From: Vicugna vicugna
Taxonomy: Eukaryota
DNA length: 64,000 nt
Assembly (NCBI GenBank): GCA_013265495.1
Contig: MU058257.1
Location: 1,044,020-1,108,019 of the forward strand
Reading direction: 5' to 3'
A program made the translations under genes and the position numbers. Below are positions 11,091-24,163 of this stretch, one piece after another. Within the stretch, counting starts at the first letter, position 1. Every line of letters starts with the position of its first letter. Under the pieces are notes generated by a model, which did no database searches, was not told the DNA's origin, and saw only the letters and a list, made by a program, of their open reading frames with translations.

Positions 11091-12644
11091 TTTGTCTTTT
11101 GTCTTTTTCTTTCTGTTTTTGTCTCGTGCTTTTTTCATTGCACCATGTGGCTTCTCATGTGCTGTGTGTATATGTATCAGGTTTTTCAGGCATACGATAT
11201 GTCAGATACATATCAAACATCTATTTATAGACTGTGAAGCGCGAACTCATTTTGGGAAACTAGGGATGCAAACAGAGAAGATTAGATGGCTTGAGACTCA
11301 AATCAAGCTGCTTATCTTTGGGTCGACAAGATGGTCTGAGAATTATGTGAGCGGAGGCACCACAGCTGTGGTTCCAAAGGAACAATGAACAGAGGGCATC
11401 CACAGAATAAGCCATGAGCACCCAGAGTGGAAATGAAGAGGAAGCTCTATCATCAAAGGTCACAGCTGAGGGCCTGGCAGCAAACATGGCGGTGGGAGAG
11501 GATAATGGGGCAGAAGTGAGGGAGCTACCCCGGCCTGCACCCCAGCCATGGCTTCACGCCTCCCCCTGCTTTTCTGAGAATGAAATGCCAATGCCATTCC
11601 AGGGCTTTCTTCATTCATCCTGGCAGCCCCCAGGGCTTGACAGAGAGTATTTCAGGATGGCCACAGAACACATAGTCCGTGTCTGATCATCAAGGAAGCG
11701 ATGGGGGAATAGTTGACGCTACCACCAGCCCTAGAGCTCACAACGAGGGACAAAGCCCAAACAGGGTGTGTGTCTGCTGTTTCTGAACACCGCACAGTTC
11801 CAGCTAAACCCGGCCTTATCTGTCACAGATGCCCGCACAGAAAAACCCACCAGGGATTTGTGTCTTTCTTTCCTAGCCCTTGACAGCAAGCATCAAACGG
11901 CAGCAAGGTCAGCCATGGGACGTAACTTTCATGCCAGTTTCAGCTGTGCCCTACAAAGTTTTTTGCTCAAATCCATGAGGTCACAAAGACCTTCTCCTTC
12001 AATAGTGTAGCTTAGATGCCAAATTAAAATTCCATTTCGTGCATCCCATCCATTCATAAGAAGCAATTAAAGTAGAGGACCTAATGCACTCTCTGATGCT
12101 GGCAAGGACCTTCATCTGTATTTGCGTCAGTGGGTTCTGCCAAAATATCTCTTTCATTTATTAAAGCCCATCTGCGATTGCCACCAACTTTGAGCTGAAT
12201 GGCATCCCAAGGCCAAATTTGTTCATTCAGCCACTTGTTTAAGGAAACAAAAACCCTAGAGGAGCCATCAGTTGATGAACCTGCGGCGGTTCCTCACATT
12301 AGCACCTCCGTCTGCACGTCGAAACAACGTGTATGGTAAGCCTCTGAAGAACGCCCAAAGCTGTGCCAACAGCGGCAGGGACACTGTTCTGCAGTTTTAG
12401 CCTTTTGTCTGAGATGCTCAGAGTTTGACACCGGTGTCCATCACCCTCAGGAATCAAGCAGGGCTGTCTTGGAAATGGTAGACGCCCCCCTGCCCACCCA
12501 TCCAGGGCTGCCGGTCCGTGGCGGTGATGGGGCACGGAAGAAGCCCCTGTGGTAGGAAACTGGTCCAGGGAAGAAGGCTCATGGTTTCACCTTGCGGGAG
12601 GTCAAGAAATGCACATTGAGTTTTCTCTTGAGAAGGCACACAGG

Positions 12645-12820
12645 CCCTTTCTCACAAATTATTTCATTTCCCACAAGCGTACCGAGTAGTTATTACCCAA
12701 CTCTGCTGATGAAGAAAGCAAGGATCAGAGAGGAACACAGCCAAGGTCAGACAGCCAGCAAGCAATGAGACCAGGCTGGAAGCCTAAGTCTGGCACACTC
12801 CAGAGTCTCTTTCTACTCTG
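12645..12820 (-). mobile_element. MIR SINE relic
   Basis: ttattacccaactctgctgatgaagaaagcaaggatcagagagg...ccaaggtcagacagccagcaag...ctccagagtc resembles the antisense MIR core. Confidence 0.6.
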
Positions 12821-15215
12821 ACAGTTTTCATGTCAACTCAGTCAGATCTCTGAGTTGTAGAAAAGCATTCATATACATAGCACCAGAGCAGCAAAACGAC
12901 TCCGAGATCACACCAAGAAGTACAATGTGAAATGCGGATAACGAAGCGGAGAAATTTGCACGCGGTCTCCCAACCGTATCTTGGATAGTTAGAAACAAAA
13001 GAAAAAAAATTTTTATATGTACTTTTTACCTCCAAATGGCAGGCTTAGTGGATGAAAGCAGAAACACTATGTTTAGGGCAGAAGCTGGAGAAGATATTTA
13101 ACCAGAATCTTGCACTTTATGGCAGTTCCCTAAATGCATGCCTGAGGTGGCATCTAACCCAAGTAGAAACTGCCCAGCTTCTGAGGACCCCTTAATGGGC
13201 CTAATAATGATTTTTTTAAAGTATTCATTAATTAAATACCTTCCTAAATATTCATCATGCAGAAAATCTACTCGATTCTCTGTCTTGACCACAATGGTCA
13301 TGTCCAATTTATCTTTAAATGCTCAATGGTGTGCATATATCTTAGCGTATGGTGGGTATCTCTTAAGTGTTAGATTTACAGATGAAACATTAGCCAAGGG
13401 AAAGTCACCATTCATGAGCTGGCATCACGTTCACTAACTTGGCCAGTCAGACCCTACTGGAAGCGCACCTGCTGAGTAGGACAAGACCAAGGACACAGTC
13501 CACTTCCCCGCGGAAGAGCTCAACACTCCGCCCGGGAAAGAAACATCTGTATTTTTTTTTTAATGTCTCCTACACAAAGCAGATACCGAAAAAGTGCTAC
13601 TGAGATCTAGCCATACTAAGAACTTACTATTCTTGGGACGTCTTCTCAGCCTATGAGATACTCCGCTACCCTGCCGATGAGTTCTTTCTCTTGCTTGAGT
13701 CACTCAGAGGTGGTTTCTATTATATGCAACCAAAGGAAACTTAAAATGATTCGGAGGTGCCGATGGACGTCTCTAAAAATCAGTGTAGCCAGAGCTAAGT
13801 GGGCTGAAACTGGAAAGAAAATAAATATGCAAAGTTGGATATAGGAAGAAACACTTTCACAGTACAATAGAGCAAAAACTGCAACCCCAGGGAAGGAGCA
13901 GGGGGTAAGTGACGTGGGAAATACAGCATAGAGTCAATTGGGAGTGAGGAGCAGAGCTCCGTAGCCAGAGGAAACGTAGAATCCATGCCAACGTTCAAGA
14001 GAAGGTAACAGTGAGGGAGGAGGCCGGCCAGAACCTTAGGTGAAATTTAAGGGTGTATGTTTTTTCTTTGGTCTGAGGCTTCATAAAGTCATATTCCATT
14101 TCTACAGGTGTTCCCAAATTAAGCTGTATGGCCCCTGCTCAGGTCCCAGCCTGGCTGAGGCTCTCTGCCTCAGAACAATGTGTTTAAAAAAAAGAAACTT
14201 AGTCCCAGGTTCCAGTTTTCATGAACTGAGTTAGTACGTTTCACAAGTCCGGGAAGTCAGAATGCAGTATGCATCCTTTGCTAAGTCTGTTCCTACGGCA
14301 TCTTCCATTCGATGAAGTCTCGCAATATGTCCTTTGAACCCTGCTGGTAAACTTTCTTAGCCTGGGAATTGGAGACCAAGAGGTACTTTTAAGAGTGATG
14401 GCTGAATATATTGGACCAATTGGGTCTTATTCACTGAAAACTTAAGGCTGGTATAGAATACTGCTCACCATGCTAAAAGCATATCAAGAAATGGCTAAAA
14501 AAATTTTTTTAATTAAAAAAAAAGGAATGGCTAATTCTTAAAGCGATGAGCAGCTATTTGCCTTTCAGTGGGCTTCTATAATCATAATTTTCATTCAAAG
14601 ACTGAGATTTTATTCTATAAATTTAAATTCTAAATAGACAGTATATCCTAAATTCTAGTCTCGGTTCTGTCCTGGCCCAGAGGAACCTGATTAACAACTT
14701 TTCATCTGCACGACTTTTTACTTTTTCTTTTTGTCAGGGCACAAGTGAAACACAGAAATATTCCCCAGAAAGTCCATCCTCTTGGTATTTGCAACCTGGC
14801 AGGTAGCTCTGAAGGTCTCCCAGGAGCCGGTTAGGTACAGACAATGAAATTTCCAGGGTACTGCAGGATATTTACCCCAACCCAATCTTATTTTTGAAAA
14901 AGATTCATTTATTCCCAGTTTCAAGTTTCACACCGGGCTTTTCCACTGACCACAGAAATGTTGCAATAATCTTTGCCTGAGTCTCTGCAGAAAATATTAG
15001 GCATCTGAAGCAGAATCACGAAGTGTAATAGCTTTTAAGCAACCGGTTCATCTTAAGAACACATCCCCCCCATCAGCTTTCCAAAACCATCCCACGGCGT
15101 TTGGAGCCTGTGTTTCACTACTGTTGCTTGGAGAACCAAAATTTGTCTGAGTTCCTCTTGCAAGATTAATTACAGTGGACATACTGTGGAAGCACAAACA
15201 AGACTAGAATTTCTT

Positions 15216-15525
15216 GGGGGTTTTTTTAGTTTTTTTTTTAATTGATTTACAATGTTGTGTTAGTTTCTGGTGTGTAGCATACTGCTTCGGTTACAGATAC
15301 ACACAAATATATATTCTTTTTCATTATAGGTTATCACAAGTTACTGAATATAGATCCCTATGCTGTACTGTAGGACCTTGTCATTTATCTCTTTTACATA
15401 CAGTAATTTGTATCTGCTAATCCCAAACTCCTAATTTATCATTCCCCCACTCTTTATTCTCTGGTAACCATAAGTCTGTTTTCTATGTCTGAGTCTGTTT
15501 CTGTTTTGTAAATAAGTTCATTTGT
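15216..15525 (-). mobile_element. 5'-truncated LINE-1 3' UTR with 16-bp target-site duplication
   Basis: T-rich tail on the left and antisense L1 3' UTR; TSD aagactagaatttctt (15200-15215) / aagactagcatttctt (15526-15541). Confidence 0.93.
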
Positions 15526-15798
15526 AAGACTAGCATTTCTTTACTATAACTGCCTTTCATGACAACATTTGCTATAATGTCATTATGACATCTTGCTTTA
15601 TTTCTTTCCATATTAATAAAATAAGTAAAATCAGTAATAATCAATACAGAGAAAAATGCTTTCTGAAGGCCAGTGTTTGGCAAATCATTGCAAGACAAGA
15701 AAGAAGGGGGCAGGGCACAACCATTAAAAGAATGACAGAGCAACTACCACCAAGATGGCAGAAGACTGAACACACATTGGACGTCATTACACACTCAG

Positions 15799-16206
15799 TG
15801 TAACTGGAGCATGCTAACTGGCACCCCCACAGGAGCCATGACAGTGCCGAGGCTGACCATAAAAGGTCAAAAAGTGGGTGGGGCCCCACTCCAGGGAATC
15901 CTCACCCCTTCTCCAAAGTAATTGGAATAATCTTCCCACTTGTTAGCGTATGAAGCTACTGAGCCCATAAAAACTAACCACCCCACACCCCGTGGTCTCT
16001 CTCTCTTTCCTGGCTTTTAAGACAGCCTGCACTCTGTCCATGGAGTGTGTTATCTCTCTGATTAAATCTCCCTTCACTCTACTATGGTTGGCTCTGGAAT
16101 TCCTTCCTGCATGAAGCCAAGGACCCTCACTTGATGGGGCACATCCCAGAGACTCACTTGGGACCTCGGACTTGGCCATCCTCTCATGTCCCATTTTCCT
16201 GTATCA
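15799..16206 (+). mobile_element. Solo LTR, ERV1-like
   Basis: TGTAAC...TGTATCA termini, TATA-like cataaaaa (~15966), ATTAAA at 16061 followed by gaattccttcctgcatgaagccaaggaccc typical of ERV1 U5; no clean TSD. Confidence 0.75.
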
Positions 16207-16379
16207 GTTGTGAGCAACACAAAATAAATACTTCTAATAACTTCCATGGGGAGAAAGAGAGAAGAACACAGGGAGTGTTAATTAGGAAATAATGTATCAT
16301 AAGTTCTTTCTGAAAGCGGATTTGCTTCTCTAGGTTAGATCATCAGAAAAGACTTAGAGAAGGAAACAATGAGGTCTTC

Positions 16380-16760
16380 AAATTTGAATATTGTGTACAA
16401 AGTCAAGGAGGAAGTGGTTTGAGGAGGAAGATGATGAGTTTGAGTTTGGAAATGTTGGGAGGGGGGTCTGAGTCTCCCCAGTGGAGAAGCTGGTGGAATT
16501 GGAGGCGTGTAACGGAAGCCCAGCAGGCCTTCTGGGCTGGAGATGGAGATTGCAGAGGTGGGTTTGGGGCATTAAAGGAAGTCCTGGTTGGCCTTGAGTT
16601 CATTCAGGCAACCGAAGGAGGGAATTGCTGAGGACAGTTACCTTCAAGATTGAAGGGTGGAATAGAGGAAGTATTCTGTGAGAAACAGATGAAAAAGGAA
16701 CATTCAAGGAAAGAAAACGAGGAAGCAGTAAGGCCATGAAGGACAAGAGAAAGTGACACC
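16380..16760 (-). mobile_element. Ancient LINE-2 fragment
   Basis: gaggaagatgatgagtttgagtttggaaatgttgg...gggctggagatggagattg...gggcattaaagga resembles antisense L2. Confidence 0.6.
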
Positions 16761-19597
16761 TGCAGTGAAGGTGTGGGTCACTCTGGGGGGCAGGCCCACT
16801 CGAATGGGCGGGGCCTGAGAAACCATGTGGCCTCACACCTGCAGCGCACACGTAAGGAAACAAAGGCCAGGGGAAGCTACTGCACTTGCGAAGCACACGG
16901 CTAGCTGGGAGGGAGCCAGGACTCGGACTCAGAGGCCCCACGCCTTGCTACGCCGGCTTGCCCTGTCTCTCCGCACCTTTGCTTTGGTGGCGCCCAGCTT
17001 CCACCAAGGGGAGTGGTGGGAGACCAGGCTCAGCAAGATAAGTCCAGGCTATGCTGGAGAGAAGCTGAAGTCGGGGTTTAAATGCTGTTCTCAGCAATGG
17101 GGGACCCTTAAGGAGCTTTGAGCGGAGGAGGCTCATAATCAAAGAGGTATGGGGGGAATTTCATGCAATAGTTCTCAGACGCATTGTCAGTATTTTGCTC
17201 AGATCAGTCACAGATGAAACAATTATGCATTAATTGCTTCCCAAAATAATTGTAAGTTTTATTGAATAAAACTCCTTAATTATATCAGAAATTAATAACT
17301 AACAAAGGAGTAAAATCTCAATGATAAATTGTCACGTATTGCTCAGACCTATCTTACCACCTAAAAAAAAGTCTAGAAATACAGTGAAAGGTCCAGTGAT
17401 GTTTGGAGCCACTCCAGGCCTCGGGGCTGGGCCTGGTTGGACCTGAGCACACACGGCCCACACGTAGGGACTTCCTCCAGAACCACTAAGACCGGTGGTT
17501 AGTGTCGTGTGTACGGTGGCACACTATTTTCTGTGACCCTTGCTTTGCCTCTTTCTCTTCTTTCCATGCACACCTGTTAGAAAGGTGAATGAACACTTAG
17601 GAAAGGCCTCGGGGAGATGCCTAGCGCACAGGCTGGACTCTCTCTAAGGGAGTTGCTGTTGTGTGAATGGCTTGCCCTGGGCTGGGGGGTCCAGCTGAAG
17701 CCCCGGGCATGTTCCAGCAGGGCCTGGGGAGCCCAGACAGGGCAGCCTCCCTGTCTGCCCGCACCTTCACAGCTTTGAGACCGTCCAAAGCCAAGGTAAC
17801 GTTCTGCCTCATTGGGGGCAGCACCTTGGTGGGTGGAAATTGACCTGACACCACGGGAGCCCCAAGGTCCCCAGATCCCCAAAGTCTGATTAGGTGGTTC
17901 ATTGCAAGACTCACAGCGAGCAATGGAACACAGGGAAGTGTCACAAATAGTGCTTCAGATTGATTTTGGGGTCACGGCCACCTGCACCTCTGACCCTGAC
18001 CCTCACCCCCTCACATCGCATTCTCCGTCTCTGCTGTGGCGACGACTGCACCCGCTCTGAGCGGAAAGGACAGCGGCTGTCCCCGCGCTGTGCTGGGCAG
18101 AACACAGCCCGGGGACAGTTGCCCAGCAACAGCACTCAGAACGATTTGTTTGGGGAGCATTTTGAGACCGACTACGCTCGCAGGGTTGGGGGATGTTGGT
18201 CGTGTGTCGCTCGTTTTTTTCTTCCTGTGGTACCTATTCCTGGATGCTGTAAATATTCATCTGCATTTTGCATATATGAGGGGGGAACGTTATTTAAATG
18301 AGCTTGGGAGGGCAATTTGCTTGGGTGCATCGCCACCACGCTATTTTATGTTCTGCAGGCAGTCTGCTGCAGGAGGAGAAAAAGCCATTTTGTGACCGTT
18401 CTTGACACAGACAACAGTGCCATGCTGGCTTGTTTCACTCACGGAGAACAATGCGAGCAGAGGAAGATGGAGTTCAGCGGAGGCGGTTAGTAAATTGCTG
18501 GTAAATGGTGAGGACGCAGAAGCCCAGCCAAGTCACCAGGCACATCTCCCCCCTAATGTGGCTGCAGTTACTCTCCTGGCCTTGTCTCCCCCTCTCCGAG
18601 AGGCAAGCTTCCTTTTCCTTTCCTTTCCACGCTCAAATACAGCGCTTGGCTAAGCCCGGGAGAGCCGATTTGAAAGGTAACAGGAAGAAATGTTTCCTTT
18701 CAAAAGGAATCTGGCTGCCTTGAAGGATGCACACTGATTTCAGATGAGTCGTTTGGGGAGAAATGGAAAATACTTAGAAAATCATTGGCGACAGTATTGC
18801 CCACACCCCTGGAATATTAATACGCACACACTCCCACGCACCGCCCCCCACCGCCCGCCCCCGAGATGTGTTTATTTCACAATTCACAAATGGTAAAGAG
18901 ACCTCTCCTGAATTTTTTCTTTGGGACTTGGGGAGCCAGTATGGAAATTGTGATCCTTCCAAATGCTTCCCCATATGCCTTAAATACTCCCCTGACAGTC
19001 AGTTTCCTGAGTTTCCTACACATTCTGTAGGTCTTAGTGACCACCTCCCTGCCTCACAAAAGAGAACCTTTTCTGGAAGCTACTGTGTCTCCTCTCGGCT
19101 ATGACATGGTCAGAGCCCCTGACACTGTGTGGCAGAATTCAGGGCTGTGTCACCAGCCAAACACAATAGTTGTTTTTAGGGTCTGGCCAGCTATAGACTC
19201 TCCACCCTCAGGGACACATCTCTGGATATAAAAGATGGCCCTGGCATGTTTCTGACAATACGGCCCCCAAAGCTGTAGGCTTCTGGCACACGTTGCATTC
19301 AAGTAGACATCCCATCTAAAGAGTCCCTTCCTGGGTCCACAATCCCAGGTCCTTGGGCTGATATTGTAGGCTCTTCCACACACGACACAGCCTTTGGCCA
19401 AGAATCCAGCAAAACTCTTCTTGGTTCCTGGTTTTACTCAGGAATGTGAGTTAATTATGCAGTTTCATTTTGGGTGAGAGCCCCTAAATATCCAGGATTC
19501 AGATTGGAGTGGGAGGGTCGAGAGTAAGACGGGAAGAGACACATGGGAGAAGGGATTCAACAGGTAAACACATTATTTGCCCTTCATCCTGGCAGCC

Positions 19598-20038
19598 TGT
19601 AGAATGAAAAAAAAAATGCACAACCGAAAAGTTGAGAATTGTTTTATTCAGTGAACTTTCTGAGGACCTCAAGCCCGGGAGACAGCCTCCCACAGTGCTC
19701 TGCGGGACGGCTCCAAAGAAGTAAGGGAGGGGTCAGAATACATAGGAGAGTTTGCCACAAAGACAAGGTAGTTGGAACATCAAAAGATTACTGTTAATTA
19801 AAGAGAACCAGCTATCTCAAGCTAAGGAATTTAGTGCTTTTCTGTGTATGGGAAGGTGCAAGTTCTGGGCTCACTGACATCATTCCTTGGACAGGCACCT
19901 AGCTCTCTAGGGCCAGTGACCTATTCTTCCACAGCCTGAGTTCCCTCCTGGGGCACCATCGGAACAGCCGCAGTGTGATGGCTGGATGGTCACAACATGG
20001 CTTGTTTAATGCTATGGCAGGAGCATGCCTCATTCACA
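19598..20038 (-). mobile_element. Solo LTR, ERV1 class (MER41-like artiodactyl type)
   Basis: TG...CA termini with exact 4-bp TSD agcc (19594-19597 / 20039-20042); minus-strand AATAAA at 19643-19648; family name from recall only. Confidence 0.88.
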
Positions 20039-21840
20039 AGCCAGTGCCGGGTTGGATCACTGGGTCTCTCGAAGGTTTCAGTAAGGACGCATCCTTCAGG
20101 GTGGCCTTGGAGGCTCATACCTTCCATGTTTCCATCAAACCTCCTGTTTGTTGAGAGCCTGTTAGACACAAGCCACGGTCATAGGTCTTGCATCAGCTCC
20201 TAGAGCTTAAAATGCAGGCTCTGCCATCAAGCTCTCGGGCACAGGTCTTCACTCGGCTTAGGAGAGAGAAAGGCAGCCTCAGGCACCAGTACCCATGCTC
20301 AGCCACGCCCCGCACCCCAGCCTGTTCAGCATGGGGAGAGCACCCGACTCTCCCAAAGACCCGCAGCCCCATGTGCTTCTACCTCCCTTTGAAAAATGTC
20401 CTCCATCTCCCAATTTACCTCCAGGAACAACCCTTCTCTTTCACTTACACCCCCAGGCGAAGAACATATGTCACAAATGCCACAGACAGATTTAGATGTG
20501 TCTGTTGCTCAGCTCTGCTGGGCCCGCCCCCAACTTACCTTTTACATGGCAGTTCCTCACGAAATCTGAACACGCCTGCAAATCGGTGTGAGGTTGCTTT
20601 CCTTCCCCAATGAGCTGCCCACCTGCTATTATAAGATTCAAGTTCGTCATGGTCAGCCTGTTCCTCCTCAGCCTTTGGGAAGAAGAAAAAAAGTACCCCC
20701 CTTCTTTATGCAAAGAATAATTAAGGGGCAGTCATCCACCAAAGGCAACGGGGAAACATACAAGAAGAGTCAGACAAGGAAGGAAAGGATTCCGTGGGAC
20801 AAACATTAGACAGACAGGTGGATGGCTTTGCATGGACCATATGGCCCCCTTCTGTCTTGAAATGTATTATGAGAATATATTTTGCAAAATCCCTTCAAGA
20901 ACCAAGTTGATTTCTAAACAGTAAATTATAACAAAGAAAATGCTTAAGATGCCTTGGCCATGTCCATTACTTCGATGTCAGTTTTTATTTCTGGGGACAA
21001 GTTTTCAAGATAGAGATAGCACGCTTGTCAAAGAGTAAATGAGGTGGCGGAGGGCAAGGTAGAAAGACAGAAGGGAATTTAGACTTGTTTCTCCAGGGAA
21101 ATGGCTGGGCACTTGCCAAACTCATGGCAGAGGAGAATGCTGGGGCCCCCTGCAGCCTCTGGAGACCCCTGGGATGCAAAGCCAATGTCCTGAGCTGGAG
21201 GACAGACACAAAATGCACAGATAATGGAAACAGTGTCATCTCTGGAAAACATTAGAGAATATTTCTCTCCCCCTCAGGAAGGCAAGAGCATATGATTCTC
21301 ATTCTCACATTATGACAGGAACGCGGCTTGCACTGGGTGCAGAGGGTTGCTGCCTGAAACTCCACGAGACCATACATGATGGGGAGCTACAAACGTGCTT
21401 CTCCAAGCCCAGCTCAACTGACACCCTGGGTGACAAGATAACACAGCTTTGACAGCAACTCTGCACTAAAAGAGTTTCTCTTTGGATTTTCAAAAAATCC
21501 AACCAACAGGTCAGGATACAAGAACCTACAGCCTTTCTGAGCGATTTAGTCTGAGCTTTTGAAACACAGCCCATGTTTGGTGACACCACCCCAGCCTAGG
21601 AGAAACAACAGGGTCTCTCTCCTTGTGACAAAGCGGTATTTCTCCATCTACTCTCCTCTGACCACACAACTGCAGAACGGCCTGTCCCCTCAAGTCCCCG
21701 TGCCCTCCCGGGCTGTGGAGGCTCTCTGGCTGTTGTTGAGACGCCTCCAGTTGCTGCAGGCACAAGAGCAATGTTAGTGGGCTGCTCCCCCCACCGGCGC
21801 TTACAGGCATTAGTGCCACCGTGGTACTTCTGAGATGCTG

Positions 21841-22010
21841 CCGGAGCTCGCAGTGGCCGGGGGACGCGTCTCCCTGGAAGCACCGCCGCCGCGGCGCGAT
21901 GGCAAAGGTGCCGCTCCACGTCCCAGCAGCAAACCGGCAGGGCGAGCGCGCCCTCCACCCACACCGGCGCTGTGCCCTGCGGGGCTCTGAGGGACCCCGC
22001 TCGTTTCCGT
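21841..22010. promoter_or_regulatory. Small CpG-dense cluster (orphan CpG-island-like)
   Basis: About 23 CpG in ~170 bp, counted by eye, in a CpG-depleted background. Confidence 0.5.
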
Positions 22011-23796
22011 GTCATCCAGGTCTTTACTGCAGCTCTCTCTTCCTAGGACCACTGTTCGAGCCCTGGGGGAATGGAGTGAATGAAATTAGAGGGACGGATG
22101 TTACAGCGTCCTTAACAGTGTTCTTCCACCAACCTCAACACCTGCTCTACTGAGGCTGAGACTTTCCCCAGGAGGATCCCCACCCATCATGCAACTAGGC
22201 ACCTAGCAGGGTCACACAGGATGCTCAGGACAGGGTCACCAGCGTGGCCAAACTGTGCCATGTGTCACAGTGTTAAGACCTGAACAGAATAGGATTCGTC
22301 TACTTCCTTGAATTGCAACTGTATGTAAACCAACACTGAATCTCCCGTGAGGAAGGCCAGTAGGCATTCCTTAATCATACTGCAAGTAAAAAGAGAATCC
22401 ATGGAGCTATTTCCTCTTTAATCTGTTCTCTTGTTGTGGGTGAGACTATGGGAGGGCGCTGGGAAGTGTCTCCTTCCTCCTCAGCTTGAGGGAATCACAT
22501 GGTCCTCAACAAAGAGAAAAGTAAGTAAAACAATACTAAACATTGAAAAAGCAAAGAAGCTAGTCAGCGAGTCTTTTCCATCTTTTGTCTACCCTGACCC
22601 CAAAACTAATTTGGACTCTAGCTACAAGACATCACACCAACCCACTGGCCAGCAAAAAAATTAGGTCATTTAACCAATCCTTTTAGCTATAAGCCCAGGC
22701 AACTGGCTTGACCCACTTTTTCCCCACTCACATGACTGATTCATAGATTTGCTTGGTTGGTTGACATTTGATAAACACACTAACAGTAAACTCCAGGAGG
22801 AAGTCATCACTAGCCTCCGTTTTAAAATATCCTCTCTTCTAAGGCATCAAATACAATAAAAATAATTTTGTAGGCACTGTTATATGTTTTCTCAGTTCGT
22901 TTAATCACGCATCCCATATGGCTCGAACAATAAGCATGTTGATAACCTTTCAACAAATACCATATTCTTCTAAATTTTAAACAAGCTTCTTCTGAACTTA
23001 GTTTTAAAAGTTCAAATCTGGGTAAAAGATAATGATTTTAAACTATTTCCCATTACGAAAATGCCAACAGGACAAACCTTCCTGTTTGGTTTTCTAGCTT
23101 AGGCTTACTGAGGCTAACAAGAAGACTCCCACCAATGTTTGTGAGCAACAGGAGAAAGCCATCGTTCAGGCCCTGGCAACCGAAAAAGCGCGCTGTTCCC
23201 CCCACCCCACCATAAACAACCTAAAATGTTACATGTCTGGGTTCATCCTGAGGTTAGAGATCTGTCAGTTTCAGACAGAGATAAGCAACTTCTCTGAAGT
23301 ATTTACAGCCTTTTCACCATTTCCTTGGATCACTTTACAAAACAGACACAATCAACCACTCCACTCCCCAGAAAGGATATCAATGTATCGCCTTTTCAGT
23401 TTCTTGTGAATTCTAGGCCATTAAAGATGTAATTAAAACACTTCCAGGAAAAGAAAGCCCAAACTGAAGCAGCTTCAATCCACACTGCCTGTCTCCTCAG
23501 AACCTATCATTACTCCCTCTACGTGGTGCATGAAATGACGGTCGCCTGGGATTTGGGGACCATACTGTTTGGGGGGTGTACAAAGAAGCACTTGTGTGAG
23601 GCAATACCCACTTTTCCGGGATGACAACTTTTCCCACACAATAGAAAGATGACAGTCAGCACTTGGCCACCTTGATGTGGTCCCAGGATGGGAGGACTGC
23701 AGTGACCATAATAGGAAACTCACACATTATGATAAACTACCTCGAGAGATGACAATAATTTTAATTCTTTTGACTTTCTAGCTCATGGGTTGAAGG

Positions 23797-24163
23797 TACG
23801 TCATGTGTCATCCCTTATATGTGTGTGGAATCTGAAAAAATGACACAAACGAACTTATTTACAAAACGAAAAAAGAGAGACTCACAGACATAGAAAATAA
23901 ACTTACGGTCATGTGAGGGAGGGGGCTGGAGGGATAAATCGGGAGTTGGGGATTTGCAGATATACACTACTGTATATAAAAGAGATAAATGACAAGGTCC
24001 TGTTGTAGAGCACAGGAAACTGTATTCAATGGCTTTGTAATGACCTATAATGAAAAAGAATATGCATATATATGTATAACTGAATCACTGTGCTGTGCAC
24101 CAGAAACTACTACAGCATGGTAAATCAAAAAAAAATTAAAAATTAAAAAATTTTTAAAAATAA
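23797..24163 (+). mobile_element. 5'-truncated LINE-1 3' end
   Basis: cttatatgtgtgtggaatctgaaaaaatgacacaaacgaacttatttacaaaac...gggataaatcgggagttgggg...gtgcaccagaaact, then A-rich tail. Confidence 0.92.

Noticed and set aside
12259..12333. Possible exon ending at a strong donor (ATG|gtaagc)
   Set aside because: No polypyrimidine tract at the upstream AG and no recognisable peptide in either open frame
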